Positions 57,040 to 64,000 of a stretch of DNA of 64,000 nt are shown here, in pieces; the stretch's first letter is position 1; each line of letters starts with the position of its first letter. Below the pieces are notes generated by a model. The model had not been told where the DNA came from and ran no database searches. It was given only the letters and a program-made list of their open reading frames with translations. The stretch comes from Anaerolineales bacterium. GTDB taxonomy: Bacteria; Chloroflexota; Anaerolineae; Anaerolineales; UBA6663. The stretch is taken from the NCBI GenBank assembly GCA_033577755.1, contig JAVQXV010000001.1, positions 843 through 64,842 of the forward strand, written 5' to 3'. Made by a program: the position numbers and the translations under genes.

Positions 57040-59514
57040 ATGAGACGGCTTACTCTCAAACTCACGCTGGCCTCGCTGATGCTGGGAGTTGCAGCGGCGT
57101 GCGGTTCGCCGACGGCTACGCCCGTCCCTCCCACCTCCGCGCCGACGCTGCCGGCCGTGGCCACCGAAAACGCGCTGCCCGCATCGGCAAGCGCCACGGC
57201 AACTGTCGCGGCAACCGCCGCGGCAACCGTCGCAGCAACTGCCGCGCCGACCGACCCGGCGCCGCTGCCCACGGTGACCTCACCGCCCGCAGGTTACCCG
57301 GTCAGCGCCCCTCTGCCCACCTCCCCGCCGGGCGGTTATCCACCGGGCGGATACCCTGCACCTACTCCCATCATTCTGCCCTCCCCGACCGCTATTCCTA
57401 CGTTGAGCATCGCGCCGACCGTGCCGGTTGCGCCCAACGCCATCGCGCCGGAGAATGCCGCGCAGCTGCGGCCGGTGGGGCGAATCACGCCCACGAGCCG
57501 CGAGATATACGCAGATGGCATCTTTCCCCCCGGCCCGATCTGGTATGTGGCTCTCTCCAAAGACCAAGCGCGCCTCGCCGTTGCCAAGCCGGACGGCGTG
57601 CATGTCTATGACCTTGCCGGCCTCCGGCCACTGAATTACATTGACACCGGTTCGGCGCTACCACTTCGGGTCTTCTTTCTAGACGACGGCCGCACGCTGA
57701 TGACGTCTTCGGCGGCGGATGCTGTGCCGCTCGGCGCGACGTTCTTCGATGTCGCCACCGGGCAGCGCAGAGGCCTGCTCCGCGTACCATGGGGAGTATT
57801 TCCCAACCTGGGCACGTGGGCTTATCCCTCGCCTTCTGAGCAAACGCTTGTGATCCATCAAGGCAATAGCGCACGCTTCTATGACCTGCGAACGCTCCAG
57901 CCGCTCATTACCTGGCCCGACCGCTGGTTCCCGGCGACGGCGGTTGTGTTCTCGCCGGATAGCCGGCTGGCAGCGATTTCGTTCAGCGGCGTGGCGGTGT
58001 GGGAGGTTGAGACGGGCCGGCTGTTGTTCAGGCCGACGCCGGCCAACACCTCGACGACGATGCAGCCATTGGCCGCTTTCTCTCCCGACGGGCAGCTGCT
58101 GGCGACGGCGGATGGGCGGACGCTGCGCCTGTGGGAAGTCTCGCCGCCCCGGCAAAGATTCGAGGCTGCGCTCGGCGAATTCCATGCCACTCGCCTCGTC
58201 TTCTCGCCGGATGGACAGAAGCTGGCCGTCGCAACGGAGTCACAGGTGTCCGTCTGGTCAGCGCAGACGGGGGAACGCCTGCTGGCGACCGGCGGGTATG
58301 CGCCCCAGTTCTCGCCCGATAGCGCCGGCCTGGTGGTGCAATCCGGCGAAGACCGAGTCGGCGTGTGGGGCCTCCCCGGCCGGCAGGCCCGCTTCACGCT
58401 CACCGGAACAGAGCCGCAGTTCATGCCCGATGGCCGGCTGCTGATTCGGGTGATGACCGACACCTACGCCTTTGCGGATGCAAACAGCGGCAACCTCGGC
58501 CCCACCTTTGCAGCGCAACGCCTACGGGTGCTGAGCGATGGCCGCCTAGTGGACGTGCGCGATGATGGCTCGATTCGAGTCCTTGATGGCACTTCCGGGC
58601 AGCCCCTCGCGTCGCTGGCCATTCGGGCCAGACCTGCCCCGGCCACCAGCGTGGCGTTTCGGGCCGATGGGCGAATCCTCATCGCCTCGGGCAACGCCAC
58701 CGTGCGCCTCGACGCGCTGGTGGACCCGGACCCGTACAACCTGCCGCCCACCGCCGAGCAGGGTGGCTGGATTTACCAGATCGCCCTCGCACCCGATGGC
58801 AAGACCGTCGGCTCGGCCTCCAAGGACGGGCGACTGGCGCTCTTCGATTCGGATGACCTGTACGCCTTGTATTTAGAGACGAATGAGCGCGTGAGCGAGC
58901 CGGGCGCGGGCGAACTCACCAGCGTGGCCTTCTCGCCCGACGGCGCGCGTGTCGCCGCCGGCAGCAGCGAAGGCAGCGTGAAGGTCTGGTCAACGGCCTC
59001 GTCCCTGCGCAGCGCACCCTTGCAGACGTTCACCGGCCACACGAACTGGGTGTGGGGCGTGGCCTACTCGCCGGATGGCCGGCAGTTGGCCTCGGCCTCG
59101 GCAGATCGAACCGTGCGCATCTGGGACGCGGCGAGCGGCCGAACGCTCTTCACGTTGCGCGGCCACATGGACACGGTCCGCAGCGTGGCCTACTCGCCCG
59201 ACGGCGCGCTGCTCGTTTCAGCCGGCTGGGACGGCGCGTTGAAGGTATGGGACACGCGCACCGGCGAGCTGCGCCGCACGCTTACCGGTCATGCCGGCGG
59301 AGTGAATCAAGCCGTGTTCTCGCGGGATGGGCGGCTGATTGCTTCGGCGTCGCGTGATGGCACGGTGCGGCTGTGGGAGACGGCGACCGGGCGCGAGCTG
59401 GCCGTGCTTAGGCCGGAGGGCGGCAACGTGTGGGCGGTGGCCTTCTCGCCGGATGGCCGGCAACTGGCCGCCGCGCTGAACGACGGCGCAGTGCAGGTGT
59501 GGGAGGCGCCGTAA
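57040..59514 (+). CDS. WD40-repeat (multi-blade beta-propeller) lipoprotein
   Basis: Start trimmed to MRRLTLKL...GVAAAC (lipobox). Followed by a Pro/Thr/Ala linker, then many WD-like repeats; the last 7 are canonical (GH..WV..VAYSPDG..LAS.S.D.TV.IWD). Confidence 0.85.
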   Translation: MRRLTLKLTLASLMLGVAAACGSPTATPVPPTSAPTLPAVATENALPASASATATVAATAAATVAATAAPTDPAPLPTVTSPPAGYPVSAPLPTSPPGGYPPGGYPAPTPIILPSPTAIPTLSIAPTVPVAPNAIAPENAAQLRPVGRITPTSREIYADGIFPPGPIWYVALSKDQARLAVAKPDGVHVYDLAGLRPLNYIDTGSALPLRVFFLDDGRTLMTSSAADAVPLGATFFDVATGQRRGLLRVPWGVFPNLGTWAYPSPSEQTLVIHQGNSARFYDLRTLQPLITWPDRWFPATAVVFSPDSRLAAISFSGVAVWEVETGRLLFRPTPANTSTTMQPLAAFSPDGQLLATADGRTLRLWEVSPPRQRFEAALGEFHATRLVFSPDGQKLAVATESQVSVWSAQTGERLLATGGYAPQFSPDSAGLVVQSGEDRVGVWGLPGRQARFTLTGTEPQFMPDGRLLIRVMTDTYAFADANSGNLGPTFAAQRLRVLSDGRLVDVRDDGSIRVLDGTSGQPLASLAIRARPAPATSVAFRADGRILIASGNATVRLDALVDPDPYNLPPTAEQGGWIYQIALAPDGKTVGSASKDGRLALFDSDDLYALYLETNERVSEPGAGELTSVAFSPDGARVAAGSSEGSVKVWSTASSLRSAPLQTFTGHTNWVWGVAYSPDGRQLASASADRTVRIWDAASGRTLFTLRGHMDTVRSVAYSPDGALLVSAGWDGALKVWDTRTGELRRTLTGHAGGVNQAVFSRDGRLIASASRDGTVRLWETATGRELAVLRPEGGNVWAVAFSPDGRQLAAALNDGAVQVWEAP

Positions 59515-59676
59515 ATGCCGTAAATGAAGCAACGATGCCCGGAGCATGACCTTCACAGCGCCACCCTTGATTGCTGAGAGAGATGACCGTTCTTCAACCG
59601 CCGCTTGATTTCGGAAGCTGAGGCTACCTCGAAAAAGCCTTCCACCGCCTCCAGCAAATTCAAATGAATACGGTTT

Positions 59677-62600
59677 CTATCTGGCCTTCTTCACCGGCCT
59701 GCGTGCGGGCTTCGCTTTCGCCGCCGCCTTCGACTTTGCTTTCGCGGCCTTCGGCGCTCGCTTGGTCGCCACCTTCTTTTTCGTCGGGGCCTTCTTCGCC
59801 GCCGGCTTCCTAACTGCCTTGCCTGCCCGCGTACCGACTGCGATTCGCGCCTTTGGCCTGGCCGCCTTCTTACCTCCACCTTCTTCCTTGCTGACCTTCA
59901 CCAGCCCCAGCCGCAGCGTCTCGCCGTCGAAACTATCCTCCGCCGTCGCCGCGCCGTCTGGCCAATCTCCGCTCTCCAATCTCACACTCAACGTCTCGGT
60001 CTTGATGTAATCTGCCCATTTGTCCACGGCGGCAGCCAGCGCCTCGCTGGCGCGGTAGTGCGTGACGATGCGGTCGGCGATGTCGAAGCCGGCGGTCTTG
60101 CGCAGGTCTTGCACGCGGCGCACGAACTCGCGGGCCAGTCCCTCGGCGCGCAGCTCCGGCGTCACCGTCGTATCCAGCGCCACCACGTACTCGCCCTCAG
60201 CCTTCACCGCAAAGCCGGACTTCGGCTGCGGGGTGATGATGACCTCGCCGGAAACGAGTTCAACCTCCTGGCCTTCAACCTGCAAACGCAACGGCTGACC
60301 GGAGCGCAGCGTCGCCACGGCGGCGTTCGGGTCGGCGGCGGCCAGGGCGGCGCGCACTTTGGGGAACAGCGGGCCGAAGCGGGGGCCGAGCGCGCGGTTA
60401 TCGGGCAGCAGCCGGTAGGTCACCAGCTCGGCTTCGTTTTGCGCGAACTCCAGCGTCTTGACGTTCAGCTCGTCGGTGATGAGGATGGCGTTGCGCCGCA
60501 GTCGCTCGCGCTGCTCCGGCGGGGCGACAACGACCACGCGGCTCAACGGCTGGCGCACCTTCAGATTAGAGGCGGCGCGCACCGCATGGCCTAGCGTCAC
60601 CACAGTGCGCGCGGCCTCCATCTCGGCCAGCAGCGCCTCGTCGAGCAGCGCGGGGTCTGCCACAGGCCAGTCGCAATGATGCACGCTCTGGGGAGATACG
60701 CCGCTTTGTGAAGATGCGCTGCGGCGCGTCTCTACAGAACGCACCAGATTCTGGTACATGTGCTCGGTAATGAACGGCGTCATCGGCGCGAGCAGCTTCG
60801 TCAGCGTCACCAGCACTTCGTACAGGGTTGCGTAGGCGGCCTGTTTGTCGGCGTCAGCCTCGCTCTTCCAGAAGCGGCGGCGCGAGCGGCGCACGTACCA
60901 GTTGCTCAGGTCATCGAGGAACGTCTCGATCGGCTTCGTCGCCTTGTAAACGTGATAGTCATCCAGCGCTTCGGTGACCTGCACGATGAGCTGTTGCAGG
61001 CGGGCGAGGATCCAGCGATCGAGTTCCGACCGTTGCTCGCCTTCACCCCTCACCTCTTTCCCGTTGGGAGCGGGGGACCAGCCATCCAGCCGCGCGTAGG
61101 TTACGAAGAAGGCATACACATTCCACAGCGGCAGCAGGAAGCGCCGCCGGGTTTCATTCGCGCCGTGATAGCCGAAGAGGATGTCCACGTCGTACTTCTG
61201 GCTACAGAACATCCAGCGCATTACATCTGCGCCGATGTTGTCGGCGGCCTCGTTGAACTCGATGGCGTTGCCCCATGATTTGTGCATCGGGCGGCCGTCC
61301 TCGCCCAGCAGCGTGGCGAAGCCGAGGATGGTGCGCGTCGCCGGCTTGTTTTCGAGCGCGGCGGCCATGGTGAGCAGGGAGTAGAACCAGTTACGGAACT
61401 GGCCGGGGAAGCTTTCGGTGATGAAATCTGCCGGGAACCATTTGCGCCAGTAGTCCATGTCCTCGCCATAGCGCAGCGTCGAGAACGAGACGATGCCGGC
61501 GTCGAGCCAGGGGTTGCCCACATCGGCGATGCGGCTCACCTTGCTCCCGCACTTGCTGCAAGCGATCTTCACTTCGTCAATGTAGGGGCGGTGCGGGGTG
61601 TGGCCGTCGAACTTCTCCCAGCCCTCCACGGCGCGCTCCTGCAATTCCTCCCGGCTACCGATGACGTCGAAGTGGCCGCAGTTCTTGCACTCCCAGATGG
61701 GCAGGGCCAGGCCCCAGTAGCGCTTCTTGGAGATCATCCAGTCGTGCATGTTGCGCAGCCAGTCCAGCTCGCGGTCCCTGCCGAAGTCCGGAATCCAGCG
61801 GATCTGGTTGGTGATGTCCATGAGCGGCTTGCGCAGGCCGTCCATGCCGATGTACCACTCGTCCACCAGCCGGAAGACGAGCGGCGTGGCGCAACGCCAG
61901 CACTGCGGGTAGCGGTGCGTGTACGGCTCCAGGCGATAGAAGCGGCCCTTCTCCTTGAGGTCGGCCACGATGGCGTCCGTGACCTCGGAGACGTGCCGGC
62001 CTGTGAGCCAGCCGAAGCCTTCGAGGTACACGCCGTTTTCGTCCAGCGGCGCGACGACGGGCAGGTTGTGCTGCTTGTGAAGTTGATAGTCTTCCGCGCC
62101 GCAGCCGGGGGCGATGTGGACGATGCCGGTGCCCTCCGCCTCGCCGACCCCGTCCCAAAGAATCAGGCGATGCGCTTGCGCGGCACTCTCCGGGATGTGG
62201 GCGAACAGCCGCCGCAGGCCCGGCTCGGCCCAGCCGCCCGGATTCCGGTTAGCGGGAAGCTCATCGAACGGGCCGAGGTACTTCCAGCCCTCCATCTCTT
62301 TGCCGCTCAGTTCACCCAGCACCTCGAACGGGCCTTTGAGCATCTTCGTCGTGCCCTTCGAGAGATAGAAGATTTCCTCTCCCTGTTTGACTTTGACGTA
62401 GGTGAGTTCCGGCCCAACGGCAGCGGCGACATTGGAGGTCAGGGTCCATGGCGTGGTCGTCCACACGAGCAGGGATTCGCCGGGGCGGTCCGCGAGCGGA
62501 AAGCGCACGGTCAGGCCGGGGTCGGTCTTCTCGACGTAGCCTTCGGTGACGATTTCGTGCTGGCTGATGCCGGTGCCGCAGCGCCAGCACCAGGGCATCA

Positions 62601-63273
62601 CATCGGTGCCCTTGTACAGCCAGCCGTGCTCATGGCAGGTCTTGAGGAAGCGCCAGATGTCGTAGTTGTTCTTGTCGCTGAAGGTGAAATACGAGCCGCC
62701 GAGGTGCGGCAGGCCGAGCTGCCCGACGATCTGCTCGACCGTGCCGGTGACTTTTCCGAGCGGCCCGTCCACCGTGATCGTCGCGTTCGGGTCTTCGCCG
62801 AGCCGGTCGCGCAGAAAGCGCAGCATCTCCGGGTCGTTCCAGTCCATCCACATTCCCAGGCGGATGGACTGCTCAGTCTGCACGGCGGCGAAGTTGAGCA
62901 CGCGCTGCTTGCACAGGATGACGAACGGGGCGAGGCCGTACTCTTCGATATCCTTCTTGCTCTTGAATCCCAGGTCCTTCTCAACGTTGACCTCCACCCA
63001 CAGGCCCTGACAGTCGAAGCCGTTCTGCCAGCGCTGGTTGTAGCCGCGCATGGCTTTGTAGCGCTGGAAGAGGTCTTTGTAGGTGCGGCCCCAGGCGTGG
63101 TGGACGCCCATCGGGTTGTTGGCGGTGATGGGGCCGTCCATGAACGACCAGGTTTTGTCGCTGTTGGCGCGCAACCGGCGCAGAGTGTTGAAGGCATCGG
63201 TCTCCTTCCACCACTGCAAGATGGCACGCTCCAGCTCGGGGAAGTTGGGATTGGTAGGGACGGGTTGGAACAT
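59677..63273 (-). CDS. ileS: isoleucine--tRNA ligase with Lys/Ala-rich C-terminal extension
   Basis: Class I motifs PITANNPMGVHHAW and MHKSWGN, CP1 editing domain, anticodon-binding domain. Alternative starts at 63279 and 63294. Confidence 0.95.
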   Translation of the reverse strand: MFQPVPTNPNFPELERAILQWWKETDAFNTLRRLRANSDKTWSFMDGPITANNPMGVHHAWGRTYKDLFQRYKAMRGYNQRWQNGFDCQGLWVEVNVEKDLGFKSKKDIEEYGLAPFVILCKQRVLNFAAVQTEQSIRLGMWMDWNDPEMLRFLRDRLGEDPNATITVDGPLGKVTGTVEQIVGQLGLPHLGGSYFTFSDKNNYDIWRFLKTCHEHGWLYKGTDVMPWCWRCGTGISQHEIVTEGYVEKTDPGLTVRFPLADRPGESLLVWTTTPWTLTSNVAAAVGPELTYVKVKQGEEIFYLSKGTTKMLKGPFEVLGELSGKEMEGWKYLGPFDELPANRNPGGWAEPGLRRLFAHIPESAAQAHRLILWDGVGEAEGTGIVHIAPGCGAEDYQLHKQHNLPVVAPLDENGVYLEGFGWLTGRHVSEVTDAIVADLKEKGRFYRLEPYTHRYPQCWRCATPLVFRLVDEWYIGMDGLRKPLMDITNQIRWIPDFGRDRELDWLRNMHDWMISKKRYWGLALPIWECKNCGHFDVIGSREELQERAVEGWEKFDGHTPHRPYIDEVKIACSKCGSKVSRIADVGNPWLDAGIVSFSTLRYGEDMDYWRKWFPADFITESFPGQFRNWFYSLLTMAAALENKPATRTILGFATLLGEDGRPMHKSWGNAIEFNEAADNIGADVMRWMFCSQKYDVDILFGYHGANETRRRFLLPLWNVYAFFVTYARLDGWSPAPNGKEVRGEGEQRSELDRWILARLQQLIVQVTEALDDYHVYKATKPIETFLDDLSNWYVRRSRRRFWKSEADADKQAAYATLYEVLVTLTKLLAPMTPFITEHMYQNLVRSVETRRSASSQSGVSPQSVHHCDWPVADPALLDEALLAEMEAARTVVTLGHAVRAASNLKVRQPLSRVVVVAPPEQRERLRRNAILITDELNVKTLEFAQNEAELVTYRLLPDNRALGPRFGPLFPKVRAALAAADPNAAVATLRSGQPLRLQVEGQEVELVSGEVIITPQPKSGFAVKAEGEYVVALDTTVTPELRAEGLAREFVRRVQDLRKTAGFDIADRIVTHYRASEALAAAVDKWADYIKTETLSVRLESGDWPDGAATAEDSFDGETLRLGLVKVSKEEGGGKKAARPKARIAVGTRAGKAVRKPAAKKAPTKKKVATKRAPKAAKAKSKAAAKAKPARRPVKKAR

Positions 63274-63336
63274 TCGCATGGCCTTTCTGTACACGGATTA
63301 CGCAGATGAGACGGATTGCACGGACTCTGAAGAAGA

Positions 63337-63710
63337 ACTAGTTGATGACACGAATGATTTCCAGTTTATCAGAGCCAAAATTGACTAACAGACCCAGCCG
63401 CAACCCGGAAGCCTTCAAGTACGAAAACAGTTGGGCGCGGTGGCGGCGGATGTAATTCATCTGCGGCCTTTAATTCAAGAATGACTTTGTCCTCAACGAC
63501 GATGTCGAGCCGATACTTGTCGATTATTTCGCCTTTGAACTTGATTTCTATCTCTATCTCACGAATCGCTTTTATGCCACGGCGACGCATTTCTGCCAGC
63601 GTTGCTATCTTGTAAGTCTCCTCGCGGAAGCCCGGCCCTAGCGTGTTATAGACCTCGAATAGCACAGCACGGATTCGATACGTCAGGTCTTCGTATAAAA
63701 GTTTCCCCAT
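63337..63710 (-). pseudogene. GxxExxY (PD-(D/E)XK-like) protein gene with a +1 frameshift
   Basis: N-terminal 86 aa are typical (GPGFREETY, DIVVEDKVILELKA). After CCGCCGCCACC (about 63438-63450) the family sequence HRAQLFSYLKASGLRLGLLVNFGSDKLEIIRVIN* continues in another frame, to the TAG at 63337. Confidence 0.7.
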
Positions 63711-63741
63711 CTTTTTCTTCCGTGCTATCCCTTCTGTGGCT

Positions 63742-63861
63742 CCGCTGCAAAAACTATGATCTCACCGCGAAGAGCGCGGCGAAGAGCGCAAAGGATATTC
63801 GCCCTTGTTTTCCTTAGCGTTCTTGGCATCTTCGCGGTTCAGAAAGGACCTTTTTCAGTAG
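63742..63861 (-). repeat. R2-like repeat, divergent copy (GCGAAGA words in place of GCGGAGA)
   Basis: Minus strand reads CTACTGAAAAAGG..ACCGCGAAGAT...CTCTTCGCGGTGAGATCATAGTTTTTGCAGCGG. Ends 31 nt before the GxxExxY ATG. Confidence 0.6.
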
Positions 63862-63907
63862 AGCCTTCCGTGAAATCTGTCCTCTCCGTGATATCCGTGT
63901 ACCGGTT

Positions 63908-64000
63908 TTACTCCACGGCAACTTCAATTCGCTTGTTAATCCGGCCCTTGCTCTTGTAATCCGCAATCCGAATGCGCCCGACTTCGCGCGTGTTGGCAAC
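63908..64000 (-). CDS. 3' end of an unidentified CDS running off the window
   Basis: Open frame from the window edge, ...VANTREVGRIRIADYKSKGRINKRIEVAVE, ending at TAA 63908-63910. Product not recognised. Confidence 0.3.
   Translation of the reverse strand, partial: VANTREVGRIRIADYKSKGRINKRIEVAVE

Larger units (their letters stand above)
63289..63902. other. inverted-repeat-bounded intergenic cassette carrying the GxxExxY gene and an R2-like element
   Basis: GTACACGGAT at 63289-63298 and ATCCGTGTAC at 63893-63902 are perfect inverted copies. Both are followed inward by further ACGGA / TCCGT words. Confidence 0.45.

Noticed and set aside
59520-59676. Short minus-strand frame LLEAVEGFFEVASASEIKRRLKNGHLSQQSRVAL* between the WD40 and ileS genes, faintly antitoxin-like.
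   Set aside because: No start codon or RBS, about 35 codons, and no partner gene. Probably non-coding or a decayed remnant.
61282-63309. 675-aa plus-strand ORF. Similar long ORFs occur at 2310-3203, 5351-6262, 6584-7660, 8840-9799, 13957-15072, 25396-26268, 30694-31815, 48291-49289, 51459-52439 and 53954-54991.
   Set aside because: All are antisense or shadow frames of confidently identified genes (ileS, ahcY, phnX, ABC ATPases, GH1, ugd, M16, birA). Their translations are Arg/Ala/Gly/His-rich low-complexity strings typical of GC-rich non-coding frames.

Overview
GC-rich bacterial chromosomal segment. Gene content, Ala/Pro/Thr-rich lipoprotein linkers and frequent GTG/TTG starts suggest a monoderm, Chloroflexota-like organism; this is inference only. 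I support about 60 CDS, one tRNA-Ser(GGA), the RNase P RNA, and no rRNA, CRISPR array, intact transposase or phage genes. Main blocks: (1) a methyl-cycle/salvage operon mtnA-adoK-ahcY. (2) A 2-aminoethylphosphonate locus (PhnSTUV-like ABC importer, FAD oxidoreductase, PhnX) with no PhnW. (3) A Phd/PIN toxin-antitoxin pair. (4) An iron locus: FbpABC-like importer, an unknown small gene, an imelysin-like lipoprotein and an FTR1 permease with a large N-terminal domain, facing an overlapping DtxR-family/Fur-family regulator pair. (5) ctaA, a GH1 glycosidase and a large PTPS-related membrane protein. (6) Phosphatidylcholine synthase followed by a receiver protein, a GAF-PP2C-kinase fusion and a STAS protein. 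(7) Housekeeping genes: rpsU, def, hemH, ugd, two M16 peptidases, acpS, birA, ldh, ileS. The least ordinary content is non-coding. Two interspersed repeat families with GTGCAC-containing ends are very dense and often adjacent. Many intergenic spacers are low-complexity hairpins built from a short word and its complement. Three genes carry small lesions: a 7-bp duplication in mscL, a frameshift plus nonsense codon in a PTP-like gene, and a +1 frameshift in a GxxExxY gene. I did not find a clear-cut new defence or mobile system. The candidates below are ranked honestly.
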